A stretch of DNA of 61,435 nt, filler included, from Hausera hauseri (Eukaryota): assembly GCA_046269625.1 (NCBI GenBank). It is 9 parts of 9 records of this genome, joined end to end, with 100 filler letters (N's around TTAATTAATTAA, not from the genome) between each part and the next. Parts side by side here need not be neighbours in the genome. Positions count along the whole stretch, not along the records: positions 24,805 to 30,162 come from JBJURY010271952.1; positions 30,263 to 37,949 come from JBJURY010908754.1; positions 38,050 to 47,256 come from JBJURY010434360.1; 6 more parts are not named here. One strand, 5' to 3'. A program made the translations under genes and the position numbers. Shown here piece after piece: positions 28,286 to 40,309 of this stretch. The first letter of the stretch is position 1. Each line of letters begins with the position of its first letter. The notes under the pieces were generated by a model that saw nothing but the letters and a program-made list of their open reading frames with translations, searched no databases and was not told the DNA's origin.

Positions 28286-29455
28286 TCAACGGGGGGGGAC
28301 AGCCTCTTCTCCTGGTGCGAACCACCATTGATCATTAGGTTGAGGCATGGTATCTTGGTAACCTTCGCAACTGAATATGATTGATCTTCCGATAACTTTC
28401 AGTTCTGCTCCCGTCAGTTTGTATAGTACATCTAAACCAATAATAAGATCAGAATACGACTCTTGTGGGTTGGCGTAACATGTAAAATCAATATACCCTA
28501 TGGTTAGATCCAATTTTCCGCATGCTTCGGGTATATAATATGTAATTCGTCTATATAATCGTAAACTTATACGAGTCAGCGGAGTAGTGGTATCAAGTTC
28601 CGCATTAACGTACTTACAGTACACCTTGACCAATATTGGTATCAACAAAGGATAATCATTATAATTCTGACGATAATGCATATTATATAATAACTCTAAC
28701 CTTTTTATCTCTTCCTCGAGCTCGTTCGCATTTTTTCCATATTTCTCCAAATCCTTCGTTTTTTCCAACGAATTTGTAGCTACGTCTATTACTATATCGT
28801 AATCTATTAGCGTATCTCTACCTATGCTACAAGGAATGTTGGAATTTTCTAGTATATGGTATAAAATCTTTGATCGCTTGTTTTTTAATTTGGTCAAGGC
28901 TGTAACTACGCCTATCACCTTTAGCTGATTGCCATTTATTAGTTTGTGGTTTATCTCACTACTTTCATTTAATTTTAGTTTTAAAATTTCTATTGTAGTC
29001 TTACTTAAGTAATTTTTTGCTGCTCCTGTATCTATTATTGCTTCAATTTTAACTTTATTTATAGTTATAGTTGTAGTTACCATATTATTTGATCCATCTT
29101 CTATAAACGCCATCATTGTATTTTTATCTTCCGATTGCATTCTGTTCCTTAGGGGATACCTACAAGGTGGTGTTCGTTTTTGTTCCGTATTCTCGTCCTC
29201 CAACTGCATTCTACTCCTTAATGGGTACTTGCAAGGTGGTGTTTGCTCCAGTTTGCGTTCTTTAGCTACTGGTCTACATCGTTGTACACTCATCCAAGAG
29301 GTTTTATTTGGATTAGACAAATTCTGCAATTCTACACTTGATTCAGTTATTTGTAATATCTTGTATGGTCCTTTGTATGGTAATTTCAATTTCGGGCTTT
29401 CGCCGTGTTTACAAGTCTCATCTAGTATATTAACCAAGTCTCCGATTTGGTACAC
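28286..29455 (-). CDS. Integrase C-terminal (GPY/F) region fused to two retropepsin-like domains
   Basis: 389-aa open frame with YKGPY, a duplicated PPCxYPLRxRMQxEDxNT, a DTGA protease and a second DTT protease-like domain. Confidence 0.7.
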   Translation of the reverse strand: MYQIGDLVNILDETCKHGESPKLKLPYKGPYKILQITESSVELQNLSNPNKTSWMSVQRCRPVAKERKLEQTPPCKYPLRSRMQLEDENTEQKRTPPCRYPLRNRMQSEDKNTMMAFIEDGSNNMVTTTITINKVKIEAIIDTGAAKNYLSKTTIEILKLKLNESSEINHKLINGNQLKVIGVVTALTKLKNKRSKILYHILENSNIPCSIGRDTLIDYDIVIDVATNSLEKTKDLEKYGKNANELEEEIKRLELLYNMHYRQNYNDYPLLIPILVKVYCKYVNAELDTTTPLTRISLRLYRRITYYIPEACGKLDLTIGYIDFTCYANPQESYSDLIIGLDVLYKLTGAELKVIGRSIIFSCEGYQDTMPQPNDQWWFAPGEEAVPPR

Positions 29456-29479
29456 ATGGGGTTTTGTCTTCTTGTCGTA

Positions 29480-30127
29480 CTAATCTTTGTAGTTTTCTTG
29501 TTGATATTTAATTTTTAATCCTGCTCTGATCCATGCTTCTTGTAATATTTCCTGTAGAACTGTTGCATAATCCAGTTCCTCCATCAGCTGTGACTGTGGT
29601 TGTTTATATTCAAGGTCAATTGACATAATATCTCCTCTGCCATACAATAAAAAGAAGGGTGATTCTCCAATTGTCGTATGAAGACTTTGTCGGTAAGCAT
29701 ATACACAAGGTTTTATGTATAGATCCCAATCAGCTGGGTGATCATATGCGTAACTGGATCTCATAATTGAAAATTGTTTATTAAAAGCTTCTACCGCGCC
29801 GCTGGCTTGTGGATGGTAGGGCGATATAAATTTATGATTAACTCCTAGTATTGCCAATACTTTTTCCATAAGTTTGGTGCAAAAATTACTTCCTCTACGC
29901 GATATCATTGTCATTTGTACTCCATATTTGAATATTATGTCGTCTACCAATCTCCTGGCCATAACATCCGTGGTTTGGTTTACCATTGGCATCGCTATTG
30001 GAAATTTTGAGTGGTAGTCAATAGCTGTAAGTACACATGTATTTCCTCTAGCGATGGTTTGTAATGGTCCAACTATATCAATGCTTATACAAACGAATGG
30101 TGATGCTAAAACTGGTACTGGTTTCAA
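29480..30127 (-). pseudogene. pol: Ty3/gypsy integrase catalytic core
   Basis: ISIDIVGPL, AIDYHSKF, ISRRGSNF (catalytic D mutated), PYHPQASGAVEAFN. Confidence 0.92.
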
Positions 30128-30339
30128 TGGTGTTTTTCTTGCTTGGAAATTTCCTCTTCTTTNNNNNNNNNNNNNNNNNNNNNNNNNNNNNNNNNNNNNN
30201 NNNNNNTTAATTAATTAANNNNNNNNNNNNNNNNNNNNNNNNNNNNNNNNNNNNNNNNNNNNCGTTTTGATACACGTTTCTTGCCGCCGGACACCTGTTT
30301 GGTAGGGTTACGTTTAACAATCGTTTTCAGAAAATTCTT

Positions 30340-31010
30340 CATTTTTATCATAATCATATCGTAGATTTTCGAATTTGTTTATAGATACATACACCATGTT
30401 TCTGATTGAAAATATCTGTTCGTACACGCATGTCATCGGGACACTGTTGTGTGAAGTCGATGAACAACTACACGAGTGGCTCGGTCGAAGCATTATGATA
30501 TTCTTCTATCAAGTAGGCTCGATTGTGAGAAAATGTTTTTGTGCAACATAATCAATGATAGTCTGATCACGGGGATGTTTGAACAACACCAAATAGTGTA
30601 CGTATAGATTTTGTTCGATGCTGTCCACCCTGATGGAACATGTTTTGCTTAAATAAAATACCCGTTACGCCACGGTGTCGTGCAATCTTCGTGAACAGGT
30701 TGTTGAAGTCCAATTGTCTCGCGGCTTCCTGAGATAAATCGCCAATGACAATAACGTCACCGTTGCGTAATCTCTAGGACCAGTTATCATCAAACCCATC
30801 AATTATTGTTATCAATTTCAGTTCACAAAATTCCCTATGTGTCTAGTCGGACTCACGATCATCACCAACACCCTGATGCCAGTATGTGTGATTGTACCAC
30901 AGTGAATGGAACATGCCACAGCAGTTCTGCAACTGTTTACACGCAAAGTGTGTTTTGCCACTTCTACTGGGGCTTACAATCTGGAAAATGGCGTCATTCT
31001 GCAGCTTCAT
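30340..31010 (-). pseudogene. A32/FtsK-HerA family DNA-packaging ATPase
   Basis: FQIVSPSRSGKT (Walker A), VIVIGDL (Walker B, D>G), LFTKIARHRGVT, QNMFHQG, FKHPRDQ. Confidence 0.85.
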
Positions 31011-31107
31011 CTAATAATAATAATACACATTTTCCTCGCCACATGATTTGTTTATAATCGTGTTACACGCACATATAAATAGCTATAGTACAAATACTGT
31101 TTCCATA

Positions 31108-31520
31108 ATGTTAGCTAATATCAACTATCGCGGACATGTTACCGATTGTGGCATTAAGACACTAACTTTTAATCAGTGGAAGACGAGGCAGTACGTACTC
31201 AAGTGTCCACCGGATTTTACATGCATCGTATTTCAATCAAGAAAGTGTTGCATTATGGGTTGTCGCAAACCAATCACAACTGATAAACTACTATCATTCG
31301 GAATTGTCATTGACAAAATCCAATCTGTACAAATTAGCAATGGTCACTGCTGAATGTACGTAAGAACCCGAACGGTTTCATGCACTGAGACTGACATCGT
31401 TTCGCCCACCATGTGTCAATGTGTTTAACAATGGAAAAATTGTTGTACTCCGTATTCGGACAGTGGACTATGAACCAATCATTAATCAAATTAAAAGCCA
31501 CATAAATGTTTTAGTGAATC
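31108..31520 (+). pseudogene. TATA-binding protein (TBP)-like gene
   Basis: Repeat 1 MLANINYRG...TCIVFQSRKCCIMGC; repeat 2 (other frame) NLYKLAMVTAECT*EPERFHALRLTSFRPPCVNVFNNGKIVVL, compared with TBP YEPELFPGLIYR...LIFVSGKVVLTG. Confidence 0.75.
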
Positions 31521-32366
31521 AAAATAATGTACATTGCACAGCAACAAACTACAAATACCATTTCCATGCTCATTCAGATATTACTGCCATGGAAGTCGAA
31601 GACGATAAAACGATTCTGCTCAATGATGATGATGGTTGTGCGAATGATGAAAGTTCATATTGGTCAAAAAAAAATCTAATGTCAAACTGCTGGAACCTGT
31701 CCAACAATTAGAAAAACCGGGCTATTGTCTGCGTATTGATTGTCTGCAAACGAAACAGGAACTTGCTCAGAAAGCAGCAGCAGCAGCAAAACAGACGTTA
31801 AAAAGGCAAAATGCAATGATTGAAATACGTAAACGAAAATCAAAACCGTCGGCACGCCAAACAGAGATATTTTTACCCCAACGAATTTTTTGCAAGCATG
31901 AAATGCATTTTCTGCAAACTGATTTTGCATTTTCTGCCCGTACTGATTTCATTGAATGATCCCGTGTATCTATGCGCACTCAAGTACAGGTAGCGAAGTA
32001 ATACGGCTTTTGTGTGAAAATTTGGATAAACTTTTTGGTGCTCTACATCAATTAAACGTGGATGTAAAGTTGAACGAAACGACCGCGCAACAGCAATATG
32101 TCGATTTACCAGCGAAGAAAACGAAACGGTTTGATTTCATCGCTCACGAAATGTTTCATGTACCCGATGATGATGGTTTAGAGTATCGACTGAATATCGA
32201 ATTGCAAGGATACAAGGAAAAAGCCGGTATCAAAAGTACGATTTGGCGTGTAGCTGAAGAACAATTTAATTATCAATAAATTTTATTTTACCGATCTTCT
32301 TTCGTCAACCCAATTAACGAGTATAAATGTACGTAAAATTTTAATACTGGCATAGGAATAAAAATA

Positions 32367-32830
32367 ATGAATAATGTAAATTTATCTTAACAGACAAAAA
32401 TGCCTTTGTACAGAGACGTGTTACGGCAAGCTGTGCAAGCTACGATGTGTTTTCCAATATCAATACGACAATTTCCGACAGCACAATCAAATGCATAACG
32501 ACTGGAATTCGATTGGCAATTCCACCACGTTATTACGGCCAACAGATATCGAAAAGCGGAGTGGCAAAGCTCACATTGACGGTTGTGGGCGGCGTTATTG
32601 ATTTAGATTTCTGCGGTGAAATTAAGATGTTGTTGGAAAATTAATCCGAAGAACTGTGTACTTTTTCGAAAGGCAGTGCAATCGCACAAATCGTTTTTCT
32701 TCACTGTGAAGAGGCAGAATTCAGTGTAATGTCACCGAAACAATGCGGATTGTTTTGTGTCAGTGAATTGACATGAAATTAACGCAAAGAATTTGGCTTT
32801 GGTCATATGGACAAAGCCACCTATGTTTAG
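32367..32830 (+). pseudogene. dut: dUTPase
   Basis: ASYDV, TGIRLAIPPRYYGQ, SKSG, GGVIDLDFCGEIK, SAIAQIVF, FGFGH motifs. Confidence 0.9.
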
Positions 32831-32906
32831 TGATTTGTTATGATAATGTTAATAGTTAGTTGTTTTGCTTGTATTATAAGCAAAAATGATTTTTACCAGA
32901 TAAGTA

Positions 32907-33389
32907 ATGGCGACAGGATTTATAGATATTGAAGCTTTGCAATGTGATAATTCTCGGTACATAATAAAGGAATTATGCATTATGGATGTCGGTAACATTT
33001 TCAAAACGCTTATGTATATATTTAAGCCCGGTATTGTGTGGAAAGACCTGACAAAAAAGCGAAAATTACAGATGGATTTCTCTTTCGACATCGTCATGGA
33101 CTTCATTGGTATGAAGACAATTCAAAATGTTGTGAGCCATGTATCATGGGCGAGATATGTGATCGTTTTGACATTAAGAATACAATATTTTAAATTAAAG
33201 ATCAAATTTACGGCCAAAAGTTTACATAACTCTATTCACAGTTTTCCGAGTTGCGAATAACGACGTATTTGAACAACTCGCTGACGATGGTGCCTGACAA
33301 TATCCGATGTGGTATCGTGATCATGTGCCGCATTGTGCTTACAAAAATGTCCACGGCTTTGTATTGACTATATTTCATGTAAATAAATA
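32907..33389 (+). pseudogene. Small DEDD/DnaQ-like protein typical of Polinton/viral-like insertions
   Basis: GFIDIEALQ...YIIKELCI...YIFKP...FLFRHRHGLHW; C-terminal C..H..HCA. Confidence 0.6.
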
Positions 33390-34301
33390 AATGTATTTCT
33401 CTGTTATTTCTCTGTTCAAAACTAAAAATACATATATGTTATATTAATAGTAATTATGGACTATAATGGAAATTGCACATATTTATTACGAATGACTTCA
33501 GTATCATGAAAGTAATTTGTATAATTGCAATGAGACAATACTCACAAAGTAAATATCTATTGTTTGCAGTGAAAACAAACCTTTGTTATAAATAGAGATA
33601 CAATTTCCGTTCACGTTTGTCTTTTTCAAACAATATCTTTTGAAAAAAATTCAGCAGTTGTGATAGTCTTTCAAAAAAGCCATGGTACAGCGAAAATTCG
33701 CTCAGAAATTCCCGGTTATATAATGGATACAACTTACATTATCTGCGCAACGCTATTCAATTGCTATTGACGCAAACGGTCTAAATCAACCGGTGAAATA
33801 TGGTCTATTTGTGAAAAAGATCAGCGACGTTGATTTGAATACAATGGAAGACACGATTAGAAAAGTTGACAGTAATTTGTTGTTGACTAACGATATCCGA
33901 GACATCGTCGATTTTTCTCGAAGGAAATATGACCAATATCGTCCGTTCACATGGCAGAGAAACAGTAGCAACAGCAGCCTTGCCACTAGAAGGAGCTAAA
34001 GTTCATTTAACATTGAAGATGAAAGGATACAAGAAAGCTGGAAAGTTTATGCTGATTTGACTTACTTTGTTCTTGATTTTAGCTTATGATTAATAAATTT
34101 TATTGATTTTGTTTTTCATACTGTTTCTCATCACATTAAGTTAAATATATAAATCTGTATATATATATAAATTAAATGATAATAAAACAAAGGGCAAAAA
34201 CAACGAACAATATACATTATTTACACAAAATAAACAGATCACAATAAATTGTCACAGTAATTTGATCTGTCCGTATCATCAGCACCGAATTCATGCATGT
34301 T

Positions 34302-37220
34302 TTATTTTAAATACCAATGTCCATACGCCGAACTGTTATTATTCCATACATACTTATGCTTATCATCATTGCATGTTAAATCGTCTTTTGTATTGGTCAC
34401 GGTATACTGCTGGTACTCAATCGATCGGATGATCGTTTGTGACACAACAGCCTTTGATTGTCCTCCTCCCGCCTCCTCCACTGCCTTCTGCTCCTACTTC
34501 ATAGATACGGCAATAATCGCCGTGATTTATCTCCGTCGGGCCAAATGAACTCCTTTAACGCGCATTTTCGGTCCACCGTCATTTAAAAGGATATAACATT
34601 TTGGCCTTACAAATACCCATTCTTGATACTGAACCCTTCCTTTACTTTCATCCTTGAAGCAGCCGATTTTGTAGGTGATTGCGCTGCTGTACAATGGATG
34701 ATCCGGTGGATAGTTTAACGTTTTCAGTAATCCATCTGACTGCATTTGCTGCAGTAGCTGTTCGCGATTGACTTTCTTCAAACGCAGGAAAAAACTATCT
34801 GTATCACCGGCAATTATACTAATGTCACCACCGTCAAACATTTGACGGTAACGTGCCGAATCGCGATACTGCAGCTCATACATTCGCAACTTGCTCAGAT
34901 CCAATGCCACTTGTCCTATATAACTTGGCCGGTCCAGTAAGACTTCTTCCCTGTTTAAACAAACGGCAACCAATTCATCGTCAATATGCATTGACCGCCG
35001 AAACTGTGCCTTGCTGGTATACGTAAAGAGCCGCTTTTCCAAGCCGCTTTTTCAGATTCTCTACTGTTTTTCGTACAGAGATCGTTTTACAGCTTGTAAT
35101 AGTCCTTTTCGAACTTTGTACAAGCTTCGGCTCGTTTCTCCGAATTTCCCTCTATGTACTCCTTAAACATGAGAGCCAAAATAAATTGGATTGCACGATG
35201 CAGCTGTGTGACGCGCCCACCGAGCTGCATGTAGAACTGTAGCAGACGCCAATGGACCACGTAATTCAGCTTTGGTTTATGTGTCATGAGCAGTTTCTTC
35301 ACTTTTGAGCCTGGCGGACATTGATTAAATGGTGCGACCGGTAAATCGTCCAAAATGTCATGCAGCTCATCCGGTACCACGAGATCGACCTCCATCAGGT
35401 ATCCGACTGAGCTTGCCATGTCTGCTCGTGATAGGTTGACCATTATGTCGTCCAGATCTTGTCAGTCGACTACCCATTCAAATTAACCGTACGGGAAGGT
35501 TTGCGAATGGAGGTCGATCTTGAGATATGAGCCGTACAGGTTATTAATATCAATATACAGCAGTGATGTGGTATCGGCGGCGGCGGCGCTGACCTGATGC
35601 TTGTTGACAAATGCCATGCCACCGCGAATACGAACATCAAACATTCGGCACATTTCCGGGTTTTGCAGCAGCTTAATGTCTCGATCTAGTGACATTAGAG
35701 CTGACTCCAAATTCATTCCCGTATGGAATAAAAGTTGAGTGGCTCCGACCTGTCTTCCCTCAGCGCTTTGTTCCAAAATGCTTCAAACACATCGGCTAAT
35801 AAGTACACGTTTAGTGTATAATACTAGAGCATGTAACCCAACATGTTTGTACAGTTCAGTTCTGTCCAAGATTCTTGTGCTCTCCGATATTCATCTTCTG
35901 CGATATCTGTCGATCGAGGAGGTAATTCCTTTTCTGTCCCGAGTCGCTCATATAATGTTGCAAAGTCATATGGAAATATGACTTTTTTGCGTGAAATATG
36001 TGCGGGGAACTGCGTCAGTACTAGCGACATATCTGGCAAGACATTTATCAGCTTTTCCAGAGATTCATTGAAAAATTGCAATGAATGAAGGAAGCGTACC
36101 TGGAACCGGTTAATACAAGCAGACGATGACAAGCAATGCTGAATCGTAGTCGGAATTATGGAGAATTCCCAGTGGGGGAAGCCGCTAATAGCCCATTTGA
36201 GAATATGGTGACAGTCATAACCTTGGAAATTATAAAAAGTCACCGAGAGGAATGGTCGCACTCGCCTTCATAAATTGCATGAATTGCATGCTACTCCCAA
36301 GTATCGACCGGTAAAATGGTCGTGATTCATTACGAGCCGTTTCTGTGCATCAAACGGTATTATTTTGTGGCACACTTAGCATTCATCAGTGACAGAAAAA
36401 AGCAACGGTTTATATTCGTCTGTCCAAATCGCTGGCTTATTGCAATTGTTGCAATACCATGGCGCGATTTCCGTTTCAACTATGGTGTCTAACTGTTGTA
36501 GAAAATCATGTACACAGTTCCAACGATGGGAAACGTAATACTGCGGTTGTCTGGAGGCTTTTATTGGTACTAGCAACATACCGACGGCAATTGGAACGTG
36601 CTTTTGATCGTATACATTGTGCCGTTGTAGAATTGCTTCGATATGAAGGACTGTCCGTTTTTTGACCAGTAACTAAATCTCAACTCCTTTTTGACCGGCA
36701 TAACATACATTGTGGTTTCTGACGAAGTTTGACTACTCAGCGCTACATGCATTTCCCATGTCTTTTTTCACCTGAATCCATGCAGACACACGGGACACCA
36801 TTTGCATCACATACGCTTCTTGATGAACTGGTCATGCTCCATGTTCAACAATCTGTCCAAATTGGTCACGGCCATGTAATGAAACTTTTCTTCATTCTCC
36901 AACAGCAACAAATTTACTGGGTGTCCAATTGAATTTCGACTGCGGTAAATTACATCCACGTGAGGATTCTTGTAAATTTTCACATCCTCCTGTATCTCTA
37001 CAATTGTGTTGAACCGGAACACGTTGATTGCCAGTGTCAAATTACGCCGTTCAAAAGCTGGAATGGATTTTAGTTTTATCGGTATCCAACACTCGTCGTA
37101 GTCAAATTCTGAGAATAATGAGCAGGCGAGAGTATATTGAATTACTGGTCAGATCTTTCTTCGTAAAACGTATCGAGAATGAAATAAGACAAAAACGACA
37201 ACGACGTATTAATTTCTTCA
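34302..37220 (-). pseudogene. Protein-primed family B DNA polymerase (Polinton type, with endonuclease VII-like insert), copy 1
   Basis: HDHFTGRYLGVACNSCNL, FYNFQGYDCH, KVIFPYD, IRGG, YIDINNLYG, YIGQVALDLSK, GDTDSFF, GCFKDE, RPKCY. Confidence 0.93.
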
Positions 37221-37854
37221 TTGACCTTGTATTTATTGCTTCGCTTTGTATTGTAATGGAAAAGTTTATTAACCGTATTTAATCACAAATATGTATTATT
37301 TTGCTAGGTTTGTTTTAGTGAATCAATATAATTTATTTTACGTGTCTTTGTTGTTACATTTAAGTATTATTACATGCGCTTATTTACGGTATGACATTAC
37401 GACATGTCCCATTTAACAGAACTCAATTGTTTATAGCACTCGTTTGACGGTCTCCAAAGTCACCTTTACAATCATGATCGACTTTTACATGATGCACGAT
37501 ACTGTTCTCCCGAAGAGATACTCCGGCGTGCTCAGGAGAAGTTGAGAGAACGAGAACTTTATCTACGACATATTAAGCAGGTTGTTGATAACATGGATAT
37601 GATATTCGGTCAGTTGTTTTGCACATATCGGAACTTGTAGGATTACTACGCATTAAATGGCAACCCTTGTCAAATACGGTTTATGGAAGAATTTGTCAAA
37701 GGTGATTCCAACATTACAACGTGGCAGTCAGCAAATCGGATTTGTTTGAAGCAACATTGCAATGTAACTAATTCCGATGGACTGCTTCATTTTCTTACGG
37801 AATTGGTTAACCCATGTGGATTGTGTGCTCCTAATTCAATAAAAACGATTTAAT

Positions 37855-37881
37855 TGTTGTTGTTGATTTTGCTGTTGTTGC

Positions 37882-37948
<67 letters not shown>

Positions 37949-37949
37949 G
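37855..37949. repeat. (TTG)n microsatellite at contig end
   Basis: Long TTG run with a few interruptions at its left edge. Confidence 0.97.
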
Positions 37950-39732
37950 NNNNNNNNNNNNNNNNNNNNNNNNNNNNNNNNNNNNNNNNNNNNTTAATTA
38001 ATTAANNNNNNNNNNNNNNNNNNNNNNNNNNNNNNNNNNNNNNNNNNNNCTGACTAAATGTCTCATACAATAGCTCGCCATGTGCAATTGCTGAAATCTG
38101 CCATGTCTGACTTGAGAGTTCATCAGTACAGGTTCTAGCCTTGCATTTGTAGACCTTTTTTGCTTTGTCTCTTACTCTCACTTGCCAGGCTATTTTGAAT
38201 TTTAGTTATGCAGAACTTACAAGACAGAATCCACTTTGGTGAAAATTCATTACTGCCCATATCTTTTGGTCCTCTTATGCAGATGTGGTCATCTTGCTGG
38301 TGTGTGTCAATGACTCGCTATGTTTGCTCCACAGCCAACTCAAAGTCCTCTTTGCCAGCTCAGCTATTCTCATGAGTGCTTTTGGACATTGTCTCTCCCT
38401 TCTGTCCTAATTGCTTCATGACATTGTTTACCGAGGTTGTGACCAGACCCAACTTCCACAGCTAAGGTTCTGTTTTACTTCATTTGGTCAGGTCATTATA
38501 CCTTGACATTTTCAAGCTATTCTGCTCCTCAAGCCTAATTTTGAAAAGTTTTCGATCTTGGGTTTGAAGGGTCTTATCTGTGATTATGTGTCTACATGCA
38601 ATCATGCACCCACTTGTTGATAGAGGGAGTAATGCACGCTCTGCTATTTTAGTCATGTTGAATAAAGAATAACTTTTCTAAAAAAATAAAGTGGAAAACA
38701 TTTAGCAAGGAATGAGGAACTTAGACGAGTCAGTTTTCATTTGGTGTTGCAACCATTTGACATGTATCTGTGTTTTTTGTTGCAAGTTAATTATTTTTGA
38801 GAAAAGAGAAATTGTTCACTGTAATTTAGTCACATTAAAGATTTGTGGCCTTGCCGCTCATAAAACATTATCCATGAAATTAAATAATAATATGGTGGAT
38901 AAGCAGAAAACAAATCAAATTGTGGATAATTATGAGTGAGACTAACGATGAGAAAAACAAAGCTACCAAATGAAAATACGATTAAATAGTTGGCGTTGCC
39001 TACAGTGAAAGTTACTGGATACCAGGCGATGTTCAATCTCCTAGCTTTGTTTCTTAAAATTAAGTGGTACTTGTGTACTATTTATAGTTACCATTTTAAG
39101 CACCACAGCGGTAATGTGACAACGTAAGAATGAATTTTAAGATTTTAAAATCCTATATCCACATCATTTGGGTTTCCTCCATCATCAACGACACTTCCAT
39201 CATCACGGGGCCTCATCACTTGTTTTATGTATAACAAATATTAACATAACACGAAGGACAAAATCCATATCCTACTTTCATTGATATGCAGTTGACGATA
39301 AATTTTGTTTGATGATATCAATTAGTTGTACCACTGACCGAATAGTTTTTATAATTAAATGGCTTAATGTGTTACAAGCGTTTTTACTGCTAGGCGGAAT
39401 TATTTTTTATGAAAATTAGTTATATAGGTACAAAATTTTATGCTGGATAATATTATGAATTAACTTTCACGCAAAAATAGAAATACATAAAAAGTAAGAC
39501 ATTCCAATTGTTACTCCATTTCACTCTTCAATTTTCCCCTAATATGCAGAACTTCGAAACTCTGCTAGCAAGGAGCACTATCTTACTTTTAGTGAGAGTT
39601 TTCCCAGTTCTGCAAGTACGATATTTTATACTGATTAATAATGTGAAAAGTATTTTTGCAAACAAAACTAAGAATATGCAATATGAGATTCAACATGTTA
39701 TGTCATTTTGCACTTCATCAATTTCGTCCTAA

Positions 39733-40050
39733 AGTAGGTAGATGTGAGGACACCAGATCAGACCCCCCCGGGGAAGGAAGGAAAGGTTTGGTTCGCGGAT
39801 GAGTCATGGGGTAGAAAAAATGATACATACATGCACGGTTAATAGGGCGGAGATAGGAGACACAAAGTCAGAAAGTGGATACACACAGGCGGGCGTACGG
39901 TATGGATTTTAGGTACGTGTAAAAATTTGAATTTGGCGCGAAAGAATTTGTTTAAATTTTCTCAGTGAAGAAAGGGATTTCTGCGGCAGATTGGGTTTCA
40001 CTATTCCCACCTCCATTTGGCGTAATCTGATTGGTCGGTTTGCGCCAAAA
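39733..40050. promoter_or_regulatory. Putative Polinton terminal/promoter region with E2F, CHR, CCAAT, GC-box and AP-1 motifs
   Basis: AGTAGGTAG 39733; TGAGTCA 39800; GGGCGG 39845; TTTGAA-TTTGGCGCGAAA 39926-39943; TTTGGCG 40016; CTGATTGG 40027; TTTGCGCCAAAA 40039. Confidence 0.45.
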
Positions 40051-40309
40051 AACATTAGAGATAAATTTAGAAAAAGACAAAGAAATATTTTACTGGTGTG
40101 TAGTATTCTTACTGGTGCAGTTGTAATATTTTTATCAAGATTTGTTCGATAATGTGTTTAACCTTTTTATTTTATAAATGTTCACAAACGGTGTAAAAGT
40201 TCACAAAACCAAAACGTAATTACAATGATTAAAAAACCTTATTAACAAAACAAAGACGGTAAAGAAAGAAATATTTATTAACATGAAATATATACAATAA
40301 TCAAATACA

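Larger units (their letters stand above)
25969..30162 (-). mobile_element. Ty3/gypsy element 3' part: integrase fused to tandem retropepsin domains, followed by accessory membrane-module ORFs
   Basis: INT SIDIVGPL, PYHPQASGAVE, KLKLPYKGPYKI; the same ORF continues EAIIDTGAAKNYL...SIGRDTL and NAELDTTTPLTRIS...LIIGLDVL. Confidence 0.85.
30263..37280. mobile_element. Polinton/Maverick-like (endogenous DNA virus-like) segment, copy 1
   Basis: Cluster of A32 ATPase, TBP-like, dUTPase, DEDD-like and pPolB genes, all decayed. Confidence 0.85.

Noticed and set aside
38050-38640. Possible gag-like remnant (CKFC) on the minus strand
   Set aside because: Too many stops and no complete knuckle; cannot be supported
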